Source: Escherichia phage P1. Taken from it: DNA of 64,000 nucleotides. Made by a program: the position numbers and the translations under genes. The stretch lies in the sequence record MH445381.1; one strand, 5' to 3'. Positions 11,243-19,838 of this stretch are shown here, piece after piece; position 1 is the stretch's first letter, and each line of letters starts with the position of its first letter. The notes below the pieces were generated by a model. It worked only from the letters and a program-made list of their open reading frames with translations. It was not told the DNA's origin and searched no databases.

Positions 11243-11764
11243 TTATTTCTTTTCTGGACAAGTAGCATTTGGCTGAATTCGAGTTTCATTATCTTTAGTT
11301 GAAATAAGCACAGCAAGCCCCGTTGTAAACTGGCATGCTTTACCAACTTGAGTTGAAGTGAACACCTTAGTTCCTTCTTTATAAGTCAGTGAAACACCTT
11401 CAACAATTGTTTTATCACTAACCAAAGAACCAGCCGCTGCACCAAGAGCCGCACCACCAGTACCGCCAGCTACAGCACCCAGTGTCGATGTGCCTTTAAC
11501 ATTATAACCGGCAACGCCCCCAGCAACAGCTCCCAGTACCGCACCAAATGTCTGTGCCGCTTCTTTATTAGCTTTATTATCAACTTTCACTTTAGCTGGA
11601 AGCACAGAGATAATATTGACTGTCTTTGTTTCCTGCTTCGAATTCAATTGAGCGGTATCATAAACATCGGCAGCATAATCAGCACCGCTAGATTGACACC
11701 CAGAAAGAAGAATTGCAGATACAACAAGAGCGCATAAAGTATACTTTTTAGACATAAGAATCAT
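11243..11764 (-). CDS. glycine-zipper lipoprotein
   Basis: Lipobox LLSGC; glycine zipper GAVLGAVAGGVAGYN / GAVAGGTGGAALGAAAG; 3 nt upstream of the coiled-coil gene. Confidence 0.6.
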   Translation of the reverse strand: MILMSKKYTLCALVVSAILLSGCQSSGADYAADVYDTAQLNSKQETKTVNIISVLPAKVKVDNKANKEAAQTFGAVLGAVAGGVAGYNVKGTSTLGAVAGGTGGAALGAAAGSLVSDKTIVEGVSLTYKEGTKVFTSTQVGKACQFTTGLAVLISTKDNETRIQPNATCPEKK

Positions 11765-12031
11765 CCCAGAAAAACAAAAACCGGCGAGAAGTTACCACGA
11801 GAACGGAAAGTAAACAAGAATACTCCCATTGACTTATATCAATTAATCAACTTTTTATAAGCTATCCCTAACTTATTGTGTATAGCTGAAAAGTCAGAGA
11901 CAAGTTCACCATCTGCATTATTTCTTAAGTTAATAGTTTATTGCTAACTTAATTTATGTATCGACTATTGATATCCATCTTAAAGTTACAATATCCCTCT
12001 GCATTATTTTTCATCACAAATAATATATCTA

Positions 12032-12062
12032 TTGCACGACACTAATCTGCTCTAATAAATTT
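12032..12062 (+). promoter_or_regulatory. promoter with overlapping C1 operator-like 17-mer (P1 P51/Op51-like) driving c4-icd-ant
   Basis: TTGCAC -35-like element followed by TCTGCTCTAATAAATTT (15/17 to the P1 C1 operator consensus ATTGCTCTAATAAATTT). Confidence 0.5.
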
Positions 12063-12109
12063 GTATTTTTAAGTCGCGAATGCTATCTTTTCACATCATA
12101 TTGACCTTT

Positions 12110-12360
12110 TAATCGTTCAGGCTTATAGTGCCGCCGTCGTAGCAAATTCTGCGACCGGGTTTAGCAGCCTGAATACTTACGCGGACAACCGCAGATTTCC
12201 GATATTGCGGTATTTTTGTGTCCGTAAACCACGTTACGCCCGAATTATGGTGGGGCGTGATGGGGAGGCTTCGGCCTGCTGGTTTCGTAAGTGCCAGTCT
12301 GCTAACCCCGTCACGTCCTGCCACCTGTTTAGCAGCGGGTCGCAGGTTGTTTATCAACTT
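12110..12360 (+). ncRNA. c4: c4-like antisense immunity RNA region (boundaries not resolved)
   Basis: GC-rich structured non-coding stretch between the operator and icd, as in P1 immI. Confidence 0.35.
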
Positions 12361-12374
12361 ACGAGGCCGTAACT

Positions 12375-12596
12375 ATGGTTAATGCCAATCCTTGCGCACG
12401 CCAAGAATTCATCTGGCGTTTCTATTCCTGTAAAAAACACCACTATCACTTCGTTATCGCAGCAACAGAAGACGAAGCACGCTCTCAATTGCCTGACGGC
12501 CCCTGCATTTTTACTGCCCGTTTTTCAACTAACTCGCGCAATCCACTTAGTTACTGGAGCCTCCCCTTCTCTGCCGACGTTCAGGGGGGTTTATGA
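12375..12596 (+). CDS. icd: cell-division inhibitor Icd-like
   Basis: 73 aa, overlaps the start of the antirepressor gene as P1 icd does. Confidence 0.6.
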   Translation: MVNANPCARQEFIWRFYSCKKHHYHFVIAATEDEARSQLPDGPCIFTARFSTNSRNPLSYWSLPFSADVQGGL

Positions 12597-13636
12597 AAAA
12601 ACCTCTCGTCACCCGTAATGACATAGCCGAAGCGATCGCCCTGCATACTGCCTGTATGCCGACACGGGAGATCCCCGGCGCAATTGCCAACTATTTCATG
12701 ATAACCAGACGTTTTTATACCCGAACAGATAAGGCTGTGATCAACAAGCTACTGATAGCCGAGATCAGGGATTATTTGATTGAACAAGGACGTCTACGTT
12801 ACGCAACAGTGGCAGCAGAAATGAGAAAGGAGGCACATAGAATGACCGGTAATAATTTGAATGTTGAAAAAACAGCACCTGTTACGTCAGCTACGCCAGC
12901 ACCAGCCGTGAATATCATCCCCAACACCGGAGACACAATCGACAGCCTGACACTGTTAAAGATGGTCAATGAAGCGCGTAAGTTATGTGGGGAACCAGAG
13001 GTTCGGAACAACAAATTCATCGAAAAAATACTCGACGAATTAGAAGGTGAGGACGGTTACACAAAAAGTGCAACCGTGCCGCCAGGTGGCGGTACGCCTA
13101 TGGTTGTCATAACCATGACCTACAAACAAGCCCTGCGAGTCGCCGCACGCGAATCAAAAGCCGTCCGCCGTTCGCTGATCGACAAACTGGAAGAATTGCA
13201 GCAGGCAAACTCCCCTACCCCATCGATCCCCCAAACATTACCAGAAGCTCTACGCCTGGCTGCCGAGTTAGCAGAACAGAAAATGCAGCTGGAACAACAG
13301 CTGGTGGCCGCTGCCCCTAAAGTCGATTTTGCCGACCGGGTATCAGTGGCTAATGGAATCCTGATCGGGAACTTTGCAAAGGTCGTTGGACTTAAGCAAA
13401 ACGCCCTTTTCTCATGGTTGCGCCAGAACGGCATTCTCATGGCTTTTGGTGCGCGCAAAAACGTACCGCGCCAGCAGTATATTAACGCCGGGTATTTCAC
13501 AGTGAAAGAAGTGGTGCTGGATGATGAAAATGGCTACCAGATACGGCTGACGCCCCAATTAACGGGTAAAGGCCAGCAGTGGTTAACTCGCAAGCTACTT
13601 GATGCTGGTTTGTTAAAACCAGTAGCAATAGGTTAA
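12593..13636 (+). CDS. ant1: antirepressor (Ant1-like, KilA-C-type C-terminal domain)
   Basis: 347 aa; C-terminal LPEALRLAAELAEQK...ILIGNFAKVVGL...YFTVKE repeated in the next gene. Confidence 0.75.
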   Translation: MKKPLVTRNDIAEAIALHTACMPTREIPGAIANYFMITRRFYTRTDKAVINKLLIAEIRDYLIEQGRLRYATVAAEMRKEAHRMTGNNLNVEKTAPVTSATPAPAVNIIPNTGDTIDSLTLLKMVNEARKLCGEPEVRNNKFIEKILDELEGEDGYTKSATVPPGGGTPMVVITMTYKQALRVAARESKAVRRSLIDKLEELQQANSPTPSIPQTLPEALRLAAELAEQKMQLEQQLVAAAPKVDFADRVSVANGILIGNFAKVVGLKQNALFSWLRQNGILMAFGARKNVPRQQYINAGYFTVKEVVLDDENGYQIRLTPQLTGKGQQWLTRKLLDAGLLKPVAIG

Positions 13637-13647
13637 CAAAAGAAAAA

Positions 13648-13673
13648 AACCTGCCAGCAAACTGGCAGGTTTC
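13648..13673 (+). terminator. rho-independent terminator after ant
   Basis: Hairpin ACCTGCCAG-CAAA-CTGGCAGGT followed by TT. Confidence 0.6.
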
Positions 13674-13714
13674 TGAGCAGATCGTCCAACCCGATCTGGA
13701 TCGAGTCAGAAAAA

Positions 13715-13731
13715 TTTGCTCTAATAAATTT
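13715..13731 (+). promoter_or_regulatory. C1 operator-like site upstream of kilA (Op53-like)
   Basis: TTTGCTCTAATAAATTT, 16/17 to consensus. Confidence 0.65.
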
Positions 13732-13800
13732 CGTTTTCTAAGTGCAAAGAATCACCATTTCGAGCTGGTGATTGAAGGTTGATGCAAATTTGGAGAAAAA

Positions 13801-14601
13801 ATGCAACAAACATTCAATGCGGATATGAATATATCAAACCTTCATCAAAATGTCGATCCTTCAACCACTCTGCCTGTTATTTGTGGTGTTGAAATTACGA
13901 CCGACCGCGCTGGCCGTTACAACCTTAATGCTCTACACAGAGCGAGCGGACTCGGTGCCCATAAAGCGCCAGCTCAATGGCTAAGAACGCTGTCAGCCAA
14001 ACAGCTCATCGAAGAGCTTGAAAAAGAAACTATGCAGAATTGCATAGTTTCGTTCGAAGGCCGTGGCGGCGGCACTTTTGCCCATGAATTGCTCGCAGTG
14101 GAGTACGCAGGCTGGATTTCTCCCGCGTTTCGGCTGAAGGTAAACCAGACATTTATCGACTATCGAGCCGGAAGATTACAACCTGCTATTCCGAAGAGCC
14201 TCCCAGAAGCTCTCCGTTTGGCTGCTGACCTGGCAGAGCAAAAGCAACGGCTGGAGCAAAAAATGCTGATGGATGCACCTAAAGTCGAATTCGCCGAACG
14301 CGTTGCTACCGCCAGCGGGGTTCTAATCGGCAACTATGCCAAAGTGCTCGGCCTGGGCCAAAACTATCTCTTCACCTGGTTGCGTGATAACGGAATTCTG
14401 ATCGCAACCGGTGAACGCAGGAACGTCCCCAAACAAGAATACATATCCCGTGGGTATTTCACCCTTAAAGAAACCGTGATCGATACAAGCAATGGAAGCA
14501 GGATTTCTTTCACGACTCGTATAACCGGCAAAGGTCAGCAGTGGCTGATGAAGCGATTGCTTGATGCTGGTGTGCTGGTACCTGTCGCGGCAACGCGCTA
14601 A
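13801..14601 (+). CDS. kilA: KilA (KilA-N domain plus antirepressor-type C-terminal domain)
   Basis: 266 aa as P1 KilA; C-terminal half paralogous to Ant. Confidence 0.8.
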   Translation: MQQTFNADMNISNLHQNVDPSTTLPVICGVEITTDRAGRYNLNALHRASGLGAHKAPAQWLRTLSAKQLIEELEKETMQNCIVSFEGRGGGTFAHELLAVEYAGWISPAFRLKVNQTFIDYRAGRLQPAIPKSLPEALRLAADLAEQKQRLEQKMLMDAPKVEFAERVATASGVLIGNYAKVLGLGQNYLFTWLRDNGILIATGERRNVPKQEYISRGYFTLKETVIDTSNGSRISFTTRITGKGQQWLMKRLLDAGVLVPVAATR

Positions 14602-14630
14602 CAGACGTAGTAAGAACCACCAGCATTGTA

Positions 14631-15476
14631 ATGCTGGCTAAAGTCACTTTCCTGAGCTGTATAACGATGAGCGATTTTACTTTTTCTGGCTATGAATTGG
14701 CCTGCTTTGTAACACACTCCGGTCTATCCCGTAGCGCCGGGCATATCCTGTCGCAATGTGCAAATCTCGCGGCAACAACCAGTGAATACTTCATTCACAA
14801 GCCTCACCGCCTGATCGCGGCAGAAACTGGTTATAGCCAATCAACCGTCGTTCGTGCATTCCGTGAAGCTGTAAACAAAGGAATTCTGTCTGTAGAGATT
14901 GTTATCGGCGATCACCGTGAACGTCGCGCTAACCTGTACCGGTTTACACCATCCTTTTTGGCCTTCGCACAACAAGCCAAAAATGCGCTGATTGAAAGCA
15001 AATTAAAGATCTCTTCAGCGGCAACCAAGGTTAAAGCTGTTCTCGCTAAGACATTGGCTTTATTTAATTTTTTATCCACACCCCCATGTCAAAATGATAC
15101 CCCCTCCCCCTGTCAGGATGACGTGGCAATAAAGAATAAGAAGTCACAAGTTAAAAAAACAAAAAGATCAGTTTCCGGCGGTGCCGGAACGACCAGACTC
15201 AAAAAATTGACTTCATGGATCGCTGAGGCAAAAGCAAAGGCTGACAATCTGCGGTTATCCAAAAAACGCGCTCAAAAACATGAGTTCAAGCAGAAGGTAG
15301 AGGCGGCAGCGCGGAAATATGCTTACCTGAAGAACAAGCGTTCTCCTGATATTGGCGGGGTATCAAACTTCGATAATCTGCCGCATTGCATGACGGTAAA
15401 CGAAGCTCTTAATGCGGTTTTAGCCAAAAATAAAGATAACGAACAATGGGGTATACCGGCAGGATTCAGAGGGTGA
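14631..15476 (+). CDS. repL: lytic replicon initiator RepL
   Basis: 281 aa, directly downstream of kilA as in P1. Confidence 0.7.
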   Translation: MLAKVTFLSCITMSDFTFSGYELACFVTHSGLSRSAGHILSQCANLAATTSEYFIHKPHRLIAAETGYSQSTVVRAFREAVNKGILSVEIVIGDHRERRANLYRFTPSFLAFAQQAKNALIESKLKISSAATKVKAVLAKTLALFNFLSTPPCQNDTPSPCQDDVAIKNKKSQVKKTKRSVSGGAGTTRLKKLTSWIAEAKAKADNLRLSKKRAQKHEFKQKVEAAARKYAYLKNKRSPDIGGVSNFDNLPHCMTVNEALNAVLAKNKDNEQWGIPAGFRG

Positions 15477-15772
15477 TAGATTGCTCTAATCTGGAGTCAC
15501 CTGGCGTTTTCAGTTTGAGGTCGGAGATGCAATCTGATTTTTTACAGTTAGCGATCGCTTTTGCAGGATATGTTTGTATTGGCTTCTGTGTATACATGTT
15601 CAGCCGAAAAATGCTTGTCGATATCGACCGCAAAGAACAAGCAGAGGAGATCTTAGTATGGATTTTCTTTGGCGCGGTCTGGCCATTAGGGATCATGTTT
15701 GCTGCAACATTTCTTCTGATGTGGATATTCACCCTTCCAGGTGATTTCTATAGAAAAAAAGCCAGACATTGA
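15446..15772 (+). CDS. small membrane protein (possible start at MQSDF)
   Basis: Two hydrophobic segments; ORF-track coordinates. Confidence 0.3.
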   Translation: MGYTGRIQRVIDCSNLESPGVFSLRSEMQSDFLQLAIAFAGYVCIGFCVYMFSRKMLVDIDRKEQAEEILVWIFFGAVWPLGIMFAATFLLMWIFTLPGDFYRKKARH

Positions 15773-15895
15773 TACAATCGTTGCGGGTGCTTGAGGCTAT
15801 CTGCTTCAGGCATTACCCGAAAAGCAGATAGAAGAAAGCCCCAGATAACATTACGCGTCCTGCAAGACGCTTAACATTAATCTGAGGCCATATCT

Positions 15896-16102
15896 ATGCT
15901 TAGCATACGTAGATTAGCCTCTTACCGACCAAAAGGTCAAGGAGAAGCAGGCTATGAAGCAGCAAAAAGCGATGTTAATCGCTCTGATCGTCATCTGTTT
16001 AACCGTCATTGTGACGGCACTGGTAACGAGGAAAGACCTCTGCGAGGTACGAATCCGAACCGGCCAGACGGAGGTCACTGTCTTCACAGCCTACGAATCT
16101 GA
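15896..16102 (+). CDS. mok-like overlapping reading frame of the hok/gef locus
   Basis: 68-aa frame overlapping the hok ORF in another frame, as mok does in hok/sok loci. Confidence 0.5.
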   Translation: MLSIRRLASYRPKGQGEAGYEAAKSDVNRSDRHLFNRHCDGTGNEERPLRGTNPNRPDGGHCLHSLRI

Positions 16103-16109
16103 AAGGTAA
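15954..16109 (+). CDS. Hok/Gef-family type I toxin (51 aa)
   Basis: Manual translation MKQQKAMLIALIVICLTVIVTALVTRKDLCEVRIRTGQTEVTVFTAYESER; not in the ORF track (<60 aa). Confidence 0.85.
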   Translation: MKQQKAMLIALIVICLTVIVTALVTRKDLCEVRIRTGQTEVTVFTAYESER

Positions 16110-16187
16110 GAGACCTGGTGGGGAGAGATCCCCGCCACTCTTAGTGTGTCAGGTATCCTCAATGCACCCTTTCATCTCCAAATAAAA

Positions 16188-16205
16188 AAGCTCCCGAAGG
16201 AGCTT
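16188..16205 (-). terminator. terminator hairpin between hok and the convergent structural gene
   Basis: AAGCTCC-CGAA-GGAGCTT with T-run on the minus strand. Confidence 0.55.
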
Positions 16206-16225
16206 TAAAATACAAGGGATGACTC

Positions 16226-16735
16226 TTAATCCCACTCAATCCAGTTGTAGACGATACGAAGTGACGGGCGCACAGCGGCAGTCACATCTTCGGTACTAAA
16301 GTCGATTGCATCACTGTAGATTTTGCAGTCCAACATTTCAATTGTTGTAGCAGCTTTTGTCACAGCGTTAACCCCGGAAGATTTGGATTCAGGGGTAGCA
16401 GCCATCGTGATATCAACATAGTCCTTCGCCGCAATGCGATCCTTGATGAACTGAAGAATATCGCCTTCGATAGTCTCCACGCACTGGACCTGGATTTCCC
16501 CAGAGTTTCGAATTGGTCCGTGCTGGTTGAACTTCACACCATTCGGACCATAGTCCTCCACATCCTCGCGGGTCATTTCAGGAATTTGCGACGTGCGAAC
16601 CAGTACGCTGATATCTTCATGGCCTGCAAAAGTGAGCTGGAATTCAGAAGATACCAGTCGTTCGCCTTTGGCCGCGTTGGCAGTATAGCGGCCCTTAATA
16701 AATTTACGGTTTCCCTTAGTGTTATTGTGCCCCAT
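16226..16735 (-). CDS. virion structural protein (tail/baseplate block)
   Basis: 169-aa ORF co-oriented with the sheath gene. Confidence 0.4.
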   Translation of the reverse strand: MGHNNTKGNRKFIKGRYTANAAKGERLVSSEFQLTFAGHEDISVLVRTSQIPEMTREDVEDYGPNGVKFNQHGPIRNSGEIQVQCVETIEGDILQFIKDRIAAKDYVDITMAATPESKSSGVNAVTKAATTIEMLDCKIYSDAIDFSTEDVTAAVRPSLRIVYNWIEWD

Positions 16736-16746
16736 ATAAAATCCTT

Positions 16747-17328
16747 TTACTGGAACGCCCGAACAATATCGGAGCTGTTATATATCGAAGAACCGGTCAA
16801 CTGGAGGTTGACGGTGTTTTTCAGGAAATGCCCATTGCTGTCCCTGGGCGCATCGAGATCGAAACTTATGTCCTGGATAGCGACATCAATGATGTTGATC
16901 CGGCGACCAATGTTTAGCGTCACGCGCTCCGGGATTCGACCACCAATACTGGCATCTTTAAGTTCCGGGCTAATCATCGCTGACAATGCGGCGATAGCTC
17001 CTGAAACCTCCGTGAATGGGTCAAACAAAGCGATGAAAGTTACTGGCAGCGTGAAAGTCGGCGGTGTTCCCCCTTCCCAAACCATTAAGCTGTTCCAACG
17101 GGCAACCGACGTTGTTTCAGTACCAACCTGCGCAAAACCACTGAAGGCACCAGCAACAGATCCCATGGACATACCGGTAAACGGCGCTTCCCAATTCTGG
17201 GCCATGTTCATTGCCGCCCCCTGGCTGATATATCCGGTAACCTGGTACTGAGAGTTCGTTAAAGTAACTTTCAGAAATGGCGATACACCGTCAGCCTGGC
17301 TGTAAACCCCATAAGGAATAGGTGCCAT
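16747..17328 (-). CDS. virion structural protein (tail/baseplate block)
   Basis: 193-aa ORF. Confidence 0.4.
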   Translation of the reverse strand: MAPIPYGVYSQADGVSPFLKVTLTNSQYQVTGYISQGAAMNMAQNWEAPFTGMSMGSVAGAFSGFAQVGTETTSVARWNSLMVWEGGTPPTFTLPVTFIALFDPFTEVSGAIAALSAMISPELKDASIGGRIPERVTLNIGRRINIIDVAIQDISFDLDAPRDSNGHFLKNTVNLQLTGSSIYNSSDIVRAFQ

Positions 17329-17363
17329 TCAAGTTAAAGGCCGGAGTTCTCCGGCCTCCTCCT

Positions 17364-18179
17364 TTAGCCAAGGCGCTTACGGCGCAGTTTCATTGACTTT
17401 TTGCGGGCAAGTTTTGCCGCGCCGGTCTGGGCTTTTCGACGCGCTTTTTTCAGCGCCGATTTTTGAGCCGCAGTCAGACGTTTTTTACGCAGGCGTTTAC
17501 GGATGAGTTTGATCTCACCGTTACGAACAACCTTCTTAAATGCTTCAGTCAGCATTTCATCAGAAGTGCCAGCAACAACAAACGCCGCTTCCAGTTCGTC
17601 GCGGTCGTCGCTATCTAAACCAGCGATAGAGGCACCAACATCAGCAGCTGCGTCGTCGTCTTCATCGTCAGCCAGTGCTTCGATCAGGTCATCATCTACA
17701 CCGCATGCTGCGAGGAAGTCAGCAACATTTGCCCATGCTTCGTTATAGGCATCGTCCTGTTCTTCTGTAACTTCGGAGTCGTCGTCATCAGAGATACCAG
17801 CGATAGCCTGAACGAAACCATCAAGGGAGTCGAAAGTCAGATCACCGCTATCAGCCCAGGCGAAAACGGCGTCGGCCGCATCACTCAACGCATTTTGCAT
17901 AGCACTTCGATTTGCAGCTTCCAGAATCATCTGGTGCGCCTGTTCGACGGTCCATTCTTTACCGTCTTTCCCTTCCAGGATTTGCTCAGGAGCCGGGGCA
18001 GATGGAACGTTATCGTTAGTCTGTGCCGCCGGTTCCGGATTATTATTAATAACCGGATCTGTTGGCGGTTCGGCGCTTGCTCGGGCAGACTCCATCAGCT
18101 GCACAGGATCAGAGTTCAAAGCGAAACGAGACAGTCCATTCCCCAAAAATGCCCCGGATTGAAAAAAGTTTTTGCTCAT
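17364..18179 (-). CDS. highly acidic protein with basic C-terminal tail
   Basis: D/E-rich core (DDDSEVTEEQDD, ADDEDDDAAAD) and K/R-rich C-terminus. Confidence 0.45.
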   Translation of the reverse strand: MSKNFFQSGAFLGNGLSRFALNSDPVQLMESARASAEPPTDPVINNNPEPAAQTNDNVPSAPAPEQILEGKDGKEWTVEQAHQMILEAANRSAMQNALSDAADAVFAWADSGDLTFDSLDGFVQAIAGISDDDDSEVTEEQDDAYNEAWANVADFLAACGVDDDLIEALADDEDDDAAADVGASIAGLDSDDRDELEAAFVVAGTSDEMLTEAFKKVVRNGEIKLIRKRLRKKRLTAAQKSALKKARRKAQTGAAKLARKKSMKLRRKRLG

Positions 18180-18188
18180 TGTATTCCC

Positions 18189-19778
18189 TTACTTAATAAG
18201 CAGCGGTACGCCCTGGATACGACGGGCTACGCCAGTCGGGCAGCAGGCCCAGACTACTTCCCATTTATCGAATTCCGCCTGCGTAACTTTCAGCACATAC
18301 GGTTCTGTACCGTCAGCATCAGGATCACGAGGAGCCACCAGAGCGCCGGAGGCGACAAAGCGATCTAAAAGTTTGGTCATCCCTTTAGTCAGGCCAGCCG
18401 CAGTAATACCGTCCGGGCTATGCTTCATCTGTCGGGCTAACTGGACAAAGAAACGGCTGATTGCATTCATCAGGGATGGGACGTGCTGGAAGTGCAGATA
18501 GTTATCCTGCGTGCAGCAAGTTAAAGCATCGTCGATGATCATCTGGCCAGAGGTGCCAACAGATACTTTATTGAGACGGCCCTTGACCATTGCTTCTTCG
18601 TCCGGGGTATCTTCCGGATACAGCGGTTGAATTGACGCACGAGCAATGACGGCACGTTCTTCACCAGCCGGTGAGTAATGCCAACCGCCGACATCAGAGT
18701 TTTTCTTGACGCCACGAGCTTTCGCCGCATACGCCACGCCAGACAGACCAAAGACCACACGGGATTGGGTCCATTTGTCTTTGCAGGAGAACGGGTAGTG
18801 ATAGACAGCACAGCTTACATAATCGGTACCAAGTAAACCGGTATCTTCAACAGCAGAGATCGCTTCCGTGTACGTCAATGTCGGTTTGACATCAAAGAAG
18901 CCATCAATCAGGCGATCTGCACAGATTTTACCTAATGCGGTGATAGCCGCATTGTCATAGCAGCCCAAGCCAAGAACAGCGGTGTACATGTACGGCGCAT
19001 TATTCAGCACTTTAACCGCACGCAGGTACGCAGCGGTTGAGATTTTCGACTGATCGCCGTTGGTACCGCCAGTGAACGCCAACGATTTTTTGTTTGTTAC
19101 TTTCGCTGTCGAAATCAGCTCTTCATTAACAACCGCGCGCAGATATTTAGAACGGGCTTCCAGAGCCGTAGGCAGATAACACAAGCGGCCCATGTCATCT
19201 TTCGCTTCTTCCGCCAAAGACACAGTGTGTGTCTCCAGGGTCGTTACCACGCCGAGCGAAGTCGTCTGGGTCAGTTTTAAGAGGAAGCGTTCATTACCCG
19301 CGCTGTCCGCTGTTGCCGTTTCGATGGTTAACTCACGGGTAGGTGAAATACACGGATCACCATCATCAACGTAGATAGCAAAGGCTTCGCCACTATCAAG
19401 TTCAATTTCAGAACCGTATGGCAACGCACTGTAAGCCGGTTCGCCTGATTCATCGAACATAATAATCGGGAACTTCGCATCATCCGGAACAGCGCGAACA
19501 ACATAACCAGACGTTTGCTGAATAGCTTCGTATACATGGCGAATTGGTTCGAACTGTGAGCCGGAAGACGGCTTCAGCGGTTCGCCGAGAACATCTTCGT
19601 AATTGGACTCAGTAACCGCAAGAACAGTAAACGGCTTGCCACGCGCAAATACGCCAATACCAGCCCACAAGCTGCTATTTAATGCAACACCGGTAGATAA
19701 CGTCGCATCGGCATTGATCGGGCTAACCGCGACGCCGGATGCATTACCTAATGACTGTTGAATTGAATATTGAGACAT
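18189..19778 (-). CDS. tail sheath protein (P1 gene 22-like)
   Basis: 529 aa; sheath-type motif VGGWHYSPAGEERA. Confidence 0.7.
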   Translation of the reverse strand: MSQYSIQQSLGNASGVAVSPINADATLSTGVALNSSLWAGIGVFARGKPFTVLAVTESNYEDVLGEPLKPSSGSQFEPIRHVYEAIQQTSGYVVRAVPDDAKFPIIMFDESGEPAYSALPYGSEIELDSGEAFAIYVDDGDPCISPTRELTIETATADSAGNERFLLKLTQTTSLGVVTTLETHTVSLAEEAKDDMGRLCYLPTALEARSKYLRAVVNEELISTAKVTNKKSLAFTGGTNGDQSKISTAAYLRAVKVLNNAPYMYTAVLGLGCYDNAAITALGKICADRLIDGFFDVKPTLTYTEAISAVEDTGLLGTDYVSCAVYHYPFSCKDKWTQSRVVFGLSGVAYAAKARGVKKNSDVGGWHYSPAGEERAVIARASIQPLYPEDTPDEEAMVKGRLNKVSVGTSGQMIIDDALTCCTQDNYLHFQHVPSLMNAISRFFVQLARQMKHSPDGITAAGLTKGMTKLLDRFVASGALVAPRDPDADGTEPYVLKVTQAEFDKWEVVWACCPTGVARRIQGVPLLIK

Positions 19779-19838
19779 AACTTTCCCTGTTATGCGCCCC
19801 GCACGGGGGCGCTATGTTAAACGGAGAACTTCCCCTGA

